A DNA stretch of 64,000 nt, from the NCBI GenBank assembly GCA_963701815.1, contig CAVPBN010000003.1, forward strand, positions 152,081 through 216,080, read 5' to 3'. Each line of letters starts with the position of its first letter. Position 1 is the stretch's first letter. Position numbers and translations under genes: made by a program. Source of the stretch: an uncultured Alphaproteobacteria bacterium. Its GTDB lineage: Bacteria > Pseudomonadota > Alphaproteobacteria > ATCC43930 > CGMCC-115725. The notes beneath the pieces were generated by a model. The model saw nothing but the letters and a program-made list of their open reading frames with translations, had not been told where the DNA came from and did not search any database. Below are positions 56,661-64,000 of the stretch, one piece after another.

Positions 56661-58165
56661 TCAAAAGGCGAAGGCGTAGAGGCGGTCGTCGGCGCCGACA
56701 TAGAGGCGGTTGCCCGCCGCCAGCAGGGTCTGGAAATGCCGCAATCCGGTCATTGCATGGCCGGCGCGCCGCCATCGAACAAGGTCTCGCCGGTGTCGCC
56801 CCGATAGCCGTGCAGCCGGTTGTCGCCCTCGGCGCCGACAATCCAGACGATCGGGTCCGCCCGCCCGTCGGTGGTCGTCACGATCGGCGCGCCGGCGCCG
56901 CTCGGCGCCGCGCACCAGGCGGTCGCGAGGCTCGGCGGCGAACCGCCGCGGATCTTCAGCACCGTCAATCCGCCGCGCCGGGCCGATTTCCCGCATTGCG
57001 CGCCCGATGCCTGGAACGCGACAAACACGCCGTCGGCAGCGGGATAGACGGCCGGTGCGGTGCGGATCGGTCCGGTCGACACGGTCTCGGCGACCAGACC
57101 GCCGCCGAGACCGCCGAGATCGTCACGGTCGAGCAGATAGGCCCGGCCGTCCTTGCCGAGCGCCAGGACCAGCGCCTGGGCGCCGTTGCCCTCCGGCAAA
57201 TTCAGCAGCATCGGGTTGGTGCCGCCGAGATCGGCGTCGCGCCGGTCGAGGGCATGCCAGTCGGTCGGGGCGAAAAAATCCTGCTTGCGGTCGTCGCGGC
57301 GCAGATCGGGCACCAGGCGAAAGACCGCCTCGCCGTCGCCCCAGGCCGGGGTGTCGATCGTATTGCCGGTGGCGACGAACAACGACCGCCCGTCGCCGGC
57401 GATGCCGCCCGGCGCCCAGATCCCGCCGCCCGGCGCGCGGGTATGCCAGCTGACGACCTTGTGCGGGTCCTCGAGGTCGATGCCGACGACCCAGCCGCGA
57501 TAGTCGCCGCAATCGCCGAAATGCCCGCCGTAAGGGACGTATACCCGGCCGCCGAGGGTGGTCAGGGCGCCGCGCTGATTCTGGTCGGACGCGTTGAAAT
57601 GCGGGCCTTGGCCGGCGAGCGCCGTCGCGACATCGACCGGCCAGCCCGGCAAGGTTGCGCCGTCGGTCAGCGACAGAGCGAAGATCTTGTGGTGCGGCCC
57701 GTCGCCCTCGGCGACCATCGCATCGAGATAGACCGCCTGGGTCTTCGGATCGATGACCGGCGTGCCGGTGACCCCGAGCGGGTCGATATTGCCGCAGGGC
57801 TGGTCCGCCAGCGCCACCGGCCGGCCGAGCGTCCGCACCCACCGCACGCCGCCCGACTGCGCGTCGATCGCCTGCACCGTATCGCTCTCGGTCGCGACGA
57901 TCAGCTCTCCGGCGGACCCGCCCGGAGGCTGCCAATAGAGCGGCTGGGCGTAGAGGTGGCCGGAGAAATGCGGGGCAAAGCCCCGATCGAGGCGGATATG
58001 CCGGGCCCGCTCCCAGGTCAGCGCCGGCGCCGCATAGGCGCCGCTGCGGTCCGCGCCGCCATGATAGGCGAGGACCGACTGGGCATGGCAGCTCCCGGCG
58101 ACCGGCGCCGCCGGCAACAGCGCAGCCAGCACGCGCAGCAAACCGGTCGCGATCAAACGACGCAT
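56661..58165 (-). CDS. Secreted PQQ-like beta-propeller repeat protein; the last ~30 codons are in another frame (shift near 56748-56760)
   Basis: The signal peptide is MRRLIATGLLRVLAALLPAAPVAGSCHAQS. Repeated propeller blades follow (VQAIDAQSGGVRW, GRVYVPYGG, GRAYLLDRDDLG, NRLHGYRGDTGE). The main frame stops at 56750 (..GGAPAMQ*), while the next frame continues MTGLRHFQTLLAAGNRLYVGADDRLYAFAF* to 56661, which looks like the missing last blade. Confidence 0.7.
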
Positions 58166-58289
58166 CGGATTTTTCGATCCCGGCTCAAATCCGCAAGCGG
58201 AACGGCATCGTAGACTGGTCTTGCCGCGATGAAGCGTGATATGGCGTCGCGGACGCCGCCAAGGCGGTCCCGGAACGGAGAAAATCCCG

Positions 58290-58664
58290 ATGCGCCGCGC
58301 CCTGTCGACCGCCGCCTGGATGCTCGCCTTCGGGTCGGTCATGCTGCCCGCCTTGCCGGCGCTGGCCGGTTTCGGCGCCGTCGCCTGGGACAAGGACACC
58401 GGCAAATACGGCGTCAGTTGGAACCAGGCGACGCGCAGCAAGGCGGCCGAGATGGCGCTCAGCCAATGCGGGACCAGCGGCTGCAAGGTGGTGGGTCAAG
58501 TCAATCCAAAGCGATGCGGAGCGTTCGCCTCCACGGAAGACGGAAAGGGATGGGGTGCAGCGGGTCGAGCCACGATCGACGAAGCCCGGCTCGCTTCGCT
58601 CGCGAATTGTCGGAAGGCCAAGCTCGGGGAGTGCACCGTCCGGACCAGCGACTGCAACAAATAG
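58290..58664 (+). CDS. DUF4189-like secreted Cys-containing protein
   Basis: 124 aa from MRRALSTAAWMLAFGSVMLPALPALAGFGAVAWD..GKYGVSWNQATRSKAAEMALSQCG.SGCKVV......CGAFAS...KGWGAAGRATIDEARLASLANC. Confidence 0.7.
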   Translation: MRRALSTAAWMLAFGSVMLPALPALAGFGAVAWDKDTGKYGVSWNQATRSKAAEMALSQCGTSGCKVVGQVNPKRCGAFASTEDGKGWGAAGRATIDEARLASLANCRKAKLGECTVRTSDCNK

Positions 58665-58753
58665 GCGCCGTATTCACCGCACCTTTGTCGAGATCCGCAG
58701 CCTCGTGTCGACTTTGTTGTCCCTCTATCCGCCGCCGGCGACGCCGTTATTCC

Positions 58754-59149
58754 CTAGCCGGGCCCATTAAGCTTGCGCTCGCGGCCGATCACGGCGCCTT
58801 CGCGGATGTCCCGTGCGAGCGCCTCAAGGCCTGATGGCGCGTCCTCTTCAACGTCGTCGTCATCGAAGGTTTCGTGGGAGGCGTCGCGGTTTCCGGTCGC
58901 GGCGCCGGAGCAATCCATCTCACCGAGCGCTCCGGCAGTAAGACCGATGACGCGTCCGGCAAACTTGCGCGCGAACGAATTTGCCGCCGCCTCGGCAGCG
59001 AATTCAACTCGAAATAGCATACCCGGGGAGGTGAACGTATAATAGAACGTCGTCGGGTCGAATTGGCTGCGATCCAGCCAATGGTGCATCGCCCCGAGCC
59101 TCTCGGTTAGAGAATCCTCGTCGGGCAGACAAATTTCCACGGAGAACAT
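58754..59149 (-). CDS. Hypothetical protein (acidic C-terminal tail)
   Basis: 131 aa from MFSVEICLPDEDSLTERLGAMHHWLDRSQFDPTTFYYTFTSPGMLFRVEF. RBS GGGAGA. The surroundings are AT-richer, and no family is recognised. Confidence 0.45.
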   Translation of the reverse strand: MFSVEICLPDEDSLTERLGAMHHWLDRSQFDPTTFYYTFTSPGMLFRVEFAAEAAANSFARKFAGRVIGLTAGALGEMDCSGAATGNRDASHETFDDDDVEEDAPSGLEALARDIREGAVIGRERKLNGPG

Positions 59150-59492
59150 GCCAAGTCTCCCAGAGTTTTGCATGCTGATAGATCTTGAGACCGCGGCCAG
59201 GGCATGATCTGTCTGCAAGCGGACAATCACGAGATTTTCCTGCGTTTCCGAAGTCCCTGTGTAATGAAGCTTAACGTGTGTCAGGTAAACGCAGCGTCGA
59301 GCTACGCCGGCACCTCCAGTCGTTTGAATTGCTAACAACGCCACCGCCGTACGGTTCCGTAACAAGAGTGCATCCGAAGAGCCTGGTCCCGGCTGGCGTT
59401 GCCGGCCTCTCCGATGCGGCGTCTCGGGCACCGCGTGGGGACATTGTGGGAATGGTATCCCACCGGGCTCAGCTAATGGCGGATCGGAGCCC

Positions 59493-60038
59493 ATGAACGC
59501 ACTGTCCACGCCGCTGCACTGGACCGACATGCTGCTGCGGCTCGCGTTGACGGTCGTCGCCGGCGTGCTGATCGGCTACAACCGAAGCGAGCATGGAAAG
59601 GCTGCCGGCATGCGCACGACGCTGCTCGTCTGCCTGGCAGCTTGCGTCGCCATGCTTCAGGTGAATTTCCTGCTTCCGACCGCCGGCCGGTCGCCCAACT
59701 CGTTCGTCATGAACGATCTGATGCGGCTGCCGCTCGGCATTCTCACCGGGGTTGGTTTCATTGGCGCAGGCGCGATCCTGCCGCAGGAACGCTTCGCCAG
59801 GATCTCGATCGAAGTCGCGGCAGGCGGCCCGGGAGAGGCCGAGATCCGGAGCCGGCTCCGGCCTGGCGGATTGTTGCCGATCGGAGGAATCCAGCTCACC
59901 GCCGACGGCGTCACCAATCAGCGCAGATTGGCCTTCCAGGTCCGCGAAGTCCGGAAATTCACCGATGCTTCAATACCGCAGGTCATCAATGGACTGGCAG
60001 CGCAGCCGGGAATAGTCAGGATCGAGTGGCGCGGGTGA
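59493..60038 (+). CDS. mgtC: MgtC/SapB-family protein, apparently lacking the distal TM segments
   Basis: 181 aa, LLRLALTVVAGVLIGYNRSEHGKAAGMRTTLLVCLAACVAM...LGILTGVGFIGAGAIL. The sequence then goes directly into the soluble C-terminal domain (ISIEVAAGGPGEAEIRSRL...). Only three hydrophobic segments are visible. Confidence 0.7.
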   Translation: MNALSTPLHWTDMLLRLALTVVAGVLIGYNRSEHGKAAGMRTTLLVCLAACVAMLQVNFLLPTAGRSPNSFVMNDLMRLPLGILTGVGFIGAGAILPQERFARISIEVAAGGPGEAEIRSRLRPGGLLPIGGIQLTADGVTNQRRLAFQVREVRKFTDASIPQVINGLAAQPGIVRIEWRG

Positions 60039-60076
60039 GATCGACGTGCAAGCGCCGCCGCCCTACGGCGGCGAGC

Positions 60077-62098
60077 TCAACGCGCCAGGTCGCTGACCAG
60101 CGAGAAGGCCGAGCTGCGGCCGGTCTGGCCGCGGTAGACCTGCAAGTTTTCGAGCACCCGCTGGACATAGGTCCGGGTCTCGGCGATCGGGATCATTTCG
60201 ATCCAGTCGACCATGTCGATCTTGCCGCCGCGCGGGTCGCCGTACTCGGCGAGCCACTGGCGGACCCGGCCGGGGCCGGCATTGTAGGCGGCGATCGCCA
60301 GCGCGTACGAGCCGCCGAAATCATCCATCAGCTTTTCGAGATAGGCGCGCCCGAGGGTGACGTTATAGAGACCGTCGGCGGTCAGCTGCGCCGGCGAGAA
60401 CCGCAAATCGCTCTTGCCGGCGATAAAGCTCGCGGTCGCCGGCATCAACTGCATCAGGCCGAGCGCCCCCGACCGGCTGACGGCGCCGGTCTCGAACGCG
60501 CTCTCCTGGCGGACGATCGCCAACACCAGGGCCGGCTCGCTGTTGCCGCCGCCCGGCAGCGCCGTCGTCGGGTAGCCGTGGATCATCAGCGGGGTCCCGG
60601 CCGCGATCGCGCGCTTGGCCACGGCGATCGCGAGATCGACGCGCCCGCCGCGTTCGGCGAGATCGGCGGCCATCGCGAATTGCGTCGGGGTGGTCGCGTC
60701 GTCGGCGAGCTGCAGCAGGAAAATCTTGCTGTAGCGGCGTTCGCCGAGGGCAAAGAGAATGCGGTCGGCCCGCACCAATTCGTTCGCCTCGAACCGGGCG
60801 AGATCGGCGGCGTCCGGGACCGGCTCCGGGACCGGGTGCGGCGGCGCGTCGTGGCCGAGCTGATGAGCGGCGAGCTGGCCGTAAAAGGTCGCCATATGCT
60901 CGGCCCCGGCGGCGTACCATTTCGCGGCGAGGGCGGATTTCGCCTCGATCTCGGCCGCGCGGCCGCCCCAATACCCGGCCCTCGCCTTGGCGTAGGGCGA
61001 GGCGGCGCGGGTCAGGATGCGCGAGAAATGATCAAAGGCGAGCCGCGGGTCCTTCATAAAGCGCAGCGCGATATAGCCCTCCAGAAACTCGGCGTCGGCA
61101 GCGGCGTTGCCGTCGAGCGCGCCGTGCTGCTCGACGATCCGGTAGGCCAGTTTGAAGTCGCCGGCGGCCAGCACCCGGCGGGCGATGACCTGCCGTTCGG
61201 CCGCCCAGGCTTCGGGCCGCACCGGGTCGCCGGGATGGGCGAGCAGGATCTGCACCGCCTGGTCGGTCATCTCCTTCCGGCGCCGCCAGCGCAGCTCGGC
61301 AAACAGCAGGCCCGGGTCTGCCTGCAGCGCGGCCGGGACCCGGACGACGAGAAGATCGGCGGCGGGGGCCTGCGCGGCGAGCGCCAGACGCGCCTCGGCC
61401 AAGGCGCGCCCATCCGGCGGCAGCCGCCTCAGCATGTACCGCGCCGCCTCGATCTTGCCGTCCCACAGCAGCCGGTCGAGCCGCGCCTCGTCGTCTTCAG
61501 GGCGAATCGCCGCGGCGTGACGGGCGAGAAAACCCGCCGCGTCGACAGCGTTGAAATCCGCCTCGATCCAGGCCGAGCGCAATGCCGCGGCGCCGCCGGC
61601 GACATCGCCCGAATTGATCAGGATCTCGGCGGCGCGCACCCGTCCGGCGGCGCTGACCGGCGGGTAGCGCTTGAACCAACCGGCGGCGACCGTGTCGCTC
61701 TCGGCCGACAACGCCTCCTCGGCGTGCCGGCGCATCGCCGTTTGCGCCGGCCAGTCCGGGTTTTTTTCAATGAAATCGGCGATCTCGGGAAACTGTACCG
61801 GCGCCCCCGGGCTGGCGTAATCGACCCAATGCAACAGTTTGATCGGCAACGGGTCCTTGATCGAGGCCGCGTCGGCATAGGCGCGGCCCCAGTCGCCGGC
61901 CTGCGCCGCGCCGAGCGCCCCGCGGAGCGCCTGCCGATCGGCGTCGGACACGGTCTGAGCGCGCGCCGCTCCGGCGATCGCGAGCGTCAGCGCGGCGGCC
62001 CGCAAAAGGCGATCGAGCACGAGCAAGGTCGGCCCCCTCTTTCCTTGCCGAATCAAAGCTGTGGCAAAATCACTACGCGTATTTCTAAGTTCGGGCAA
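60077..62098 (-). CDS. slt: Soluble lytic murein transglycosylase (Slt70-like)
   Basis: 673-aa ORF with a signal-like segment LLRAAALTLAIAGAARAQ, a superhelical N-domain and a catalytic domain VRQESAFE...GLMQLMP.TA...AYNAGPGRV. Confidence 0.9.
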   Translation of the reverse strand: MPELRNTRSDFATALIRQGKRGPTLLVLDRLLRAAALTLAIAGAARAQTVSDADRQALRGALGAAQAGDWGRAYADAASIKDPLPIKLLHWVDYASPGAPVQFPEIADFIEKNPDWPAQTAMRRHAEEALSAESDTVAAGWFKRYPPVSAAGRVRAAEILINSGDVAGGAAALRSAWIEADFNAVDAAGFLARHAAAIRPEDDEARLDRLLWDGKIEAARYMLRRLPPDGRALAEARLALAAQAPAADLLVVRVPAALQADPGLLFAELRWRRRKEMTDQAVQILLAHPGDPVRPEAWAAERQVIARRVLAAGDFKLAYRIVEQHGALDGNAAADAEFLEGYIALRFMKDPRLAFDHFSRILTRAASPYAKARAGYWGGRAAEIEAKSALAAKWYAAGAEHMATFYGQLAAHQLGHDAPPHPVPEPVPDAADLARFEANELVRADRILFALGERRYSKIFLLQLADDATTPTQFAMAADLAERGGRVDLAIAVAKRAIAAGTPLMIHGYPTTALPGGGNSEPALVLAIVRQESAFETGAVSRSGALGLMQLMPATASFIAGKSDLRFSPAQLTADGLYNVTLGRAYLEKLMDDFGGSYALAIAAYNAGPGRVRQWLAEYGDPRGGKIDMVDWIEMIPIAETRTYVQRVLENLQVYRGQTGRSSAFSLVSDLAR

Positions 62099-62200
62099 GC
62101 CGCACCACCAATCGTTGCAGCCTGACGACGGCCAGCGGCTTGAAGCGCCGGCCGCCGGGGATTATCGTTCCCCGCGATGGCTGCCATCTGGGAGGAACCG

Positions 62201-63088
62201 ATGTTCAAGGGATCGCTCGTCGCGCTGATCACGCCTTTTCGCAATGGCAATGGCAAGGGCGACGTCGACGAGAGCGCGTTCCAGGAATTGGTGTCATGGC
62301 AGGTCGGACAGGGCACGCACGGGCTGGTGCCGTGCGGTACGACCGGCGAATCGCCGACCCTGGACGACCGCGAGCACCGGCGGGTGATCGCCCTCTGCGT
62401 CGAGGTCGCCAACGGCAGGGTCCCGGTCATCGCCGGCACCGGGACGAACTCGACCCATCACACGATAGAGCTGACCCGTCAGGCCAAGGCCGCCGGCGCC
62501 GACGCGGCGCTGATCGTCTGCCCCTATTACAACAAGCCGACGCAGGAGGGGCTGTTCCAGCATTACAAGTCGGTGCACGACGCAGTCGATCTGCCGATCG
62601 TGATCTACAATATTCCCGGCCGCTCATCGGTCGACATGTCGAATGCGACGATGGCGCGGCTCGCCAAACTGCCGAACATCGTCGGGGTCAAGGATGCGAC
62701 CAACGATCTCGCCCGGCCATTGCGCATGCGCGTCGAGATCGGCAGCGACTTCGCGATGCTGTCGGGCGAGGACGCGACCGCGGTCCCCTATCTGGCGCAG
62801 GGCGGCGACGGCTGCATCTCGGTGACCGCAAATGTCGCGCCGGCGCTCCTCGCCGAGATGCACCAAGCCTGGCAGCGCGGCGAGGTCGAGACGGTCCGCC
62901 GCATCAACGAGCGCCTGATCCCGCTGCACGACGCGCTGTTCGCCGAAACCAGCCCGGCCCCGGTCAAATACGCCGCCTCGCTGCTCGGCAAGTGCGAGGC
63001 GACGGTGCGCCAGCCGCTGTGCGCGATCATGCCGGAAACGCAGGAGCGGGTGGCCAAGGCGATGCGCGGCGCCGGCCTGTTGAACTGA
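62201..63088 (+). CDS. dapA: 4-hydroxy-tetrahydrodipicolinate synthase
   Basis: 295 aa from [13 protein letters not shown] (RBS GGAGGA) with [26 protein letters not shown] and the Schiff-base lysine region VGVKDAT. Confidence 0.93.
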   Translation: MFKGSLVALITPFRNGNGKGDVDESAFQELVSWQVGQGTHGLVPCGTTGESPTLDDREHRRVIALCVEVANGRVPVIAGTGTNSTHHTIELTRQAKAAGADAALIVCPYYNKPTQEGLFQHYKSVHDAVDLPIVIYNIPGRSSVDMSNATMARLAKLPNIVGVKDATNDLARPLRMRVEIGSDFAMLSGEDATAVPYLAQGGDGCISVTANVAPALLAEMHQAWQRGEVETVRRINERLIPLHDALFAETSPAPVKYAASLLGKCEATVRQPLCAIMPETQERVAKAMRGAGLLN

Positions 63089-63128
63089 GCAGCCCGGCCG
63101 AGGGATCGTCCGGGCGCAGGTACCAGCG

Positions 63129-63593
63129 GTGAGAGCGGCCGACCACTTTGTCGCGCAGAACCGGCGCGCCCGTCACGATTACCTGATCGAGGATACGCTC
63201 GAAGCCGGTCTGGTCCTGCACGGCACCGAGGTCAAAGTGCTGCGCAAGGGCCAGGCCAGCATCGCCGAGGCCTATGCCGACGAGCGCGGCGGCGAGTTGT
63301 TTCTGGTCAACGCCAATATTCCGGAATACGCGGCTTCGGCGCACTTCAACCATGAGCCGCGCCGGCCGCGCAAACTGCTGCTGCATCGCAAGGAGATGAA
63401 CCGGCTGCTCGGCGAAATCCGCCGCGACGGGGTCACGGTCGTGCCGCTGTCGATCTACTTCAACGAGCGCGGCCGGGCCAAGATCTCGCTTGGCCTGGCC
63501 CGCGGCAAGCGCAAAGCCGACAAGCGGCAGGCCGAAAAGGCGCGGGACTGGCAGCGCAGCCGCGCCCGCATCATGCGCAATGAGAACGCCTGA
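63129..63593 (+). CDS. smpB: SsrA-binding protein
   Basis: 154 aa (GTG start) with [39 protein letters not shown] and a basic C-terminal tail. Confidence 0.92.
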   Translation: MRAADHFVAQNRRARHDYLIEDTLEAGLVLHGTEVKVLRKGQASIAEAYADERGGELFLVNANIPEYAASAHFNHEPRRPRKLLLHRKEMNRLLGEIRRDGVTVVPLSIYFNERGRAKISLGLARGKRKADKRQAEKARDWQRSRARIMRNENA

Positions 63594-63743
63594 CCTATCG
63601 GATGATTTTCGCGATGGTCTATATCAACTTTTTGATATTTGACCTGAAGATGAAAGGCGCCGCGACACAGCCCAAGGGTTGCGCCAAGACGGCCGCGAAC
63701 CTTGAACCGAAATGGCCCGGAATAAGCATCTGAGAGACCGATC

Positions 63744-64000
63744 ATGGGGGAGACAATTGCACTTGCTCTGAAGTATGGGGTTGTTGCATTCCCGACCATA
63801 CTTGGAGACTACGGGATCGTCATGGCGCTGTTTGCTTTCTTTACCTTTATGCCGCTTGGACATCTAACTATCGGCGTGCTCTTGGTAATTCTTGGCATAT
63901 TTTGGCCAAGGATTCCGGCGCAGGGTGAGCAACACATGATAAAAATCGGCGTCGGTAACTTACATCTCGATCTCCAAGGCCCTGCGCAAACTATATTACT
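63744..64000 (+). CDS. Partial ORF for a small hydrophobic protein in an AT-rich segment (runs off the right edge)
   Basis: MGETIALALKYGVVAFPTILGDYGIVMALFAFFTFMPLGHLTIGVLLVILGIFWPR... There is an abrupt compositional change after smpB, and no family is recognised. Confidence 0.3.
   Translation, partial: MGETIALALKYGVVAFPTILGDYGIVMALFAFFTFMPLGHLTIGVLLVILGIFWPRIPAQGEQHMIKIGVGNLHLDLQGPAQTIL

Noticed and set aside
59642-62125. 827-aa plus-strand ORF
   Set aside because: It is antisense to the Slt70-like transglycosylase gene, whose catalytic motifs are clear.

Overview
This is a visibly GC-rich chromosomal segment. Gene content and repeat families look alphaproteobacterial (Hyphomicrobiales/Bradyrhizobiaceae-like).

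**Core content.** Most of the window is housekeeping and metabolic genes: a sugar ABC transporter, atp12-rluC-rarA, lipB, tRNA-Leu(GAG), ivd, nadQ-nadA, metZ-cysI-siroheme-hemC, cspA, hbd-etfAB, dapA, smpB and slt. Many solitary enzymes sit between them.

**Accessory content.**
- The most unusual locus (13.8-15.7 kb) looks like a polymorphic toxin cassette. A 322-aa protein has a C-terminal ~70-aa module that recurs as a start-less orphan copy. Each copy is followed by a translationally coupled ~107-aa paralogous small gene, a putative immunity protein. No secretion-system marker is recognisable.
- A self-contained unit at 50.8-56.7 kb encodes an MscS-type channel with a cyclic-nucleotide-binding domain, HlyD, two ABC-2 permease modules and a second HlyD. 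No ABC ATPase is present.
- A tightly coupled four-gene operon encodes a CMD-family protein, a SAM methyltransferase, a prolyl oligopeptidase and an orphan Mo-hydroxylase large subunit.
- There are hicAB and vapBC toxin-antitoxin pairs and a pair of secreted ABM-domain proteins in an AT-richer islet.
- There are two decayed solute-binding-protein genes and several REP/MITE-like structured repeat families.
- Candidate regulatory elements are two NadQ-type palindromes, paired TetR operators and a SAM-II-like leader before metZ.

**Sequence quality.** At least seven otherwise conserved genes are split by single frame changes. This may reflect indel errors in the sequence rather than biology.

**Not found.** No rRNA, CRISPR array, transposase or integrase was seen. 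Many very long ORFs in the supplied track are GC-driven antisense artefacts.
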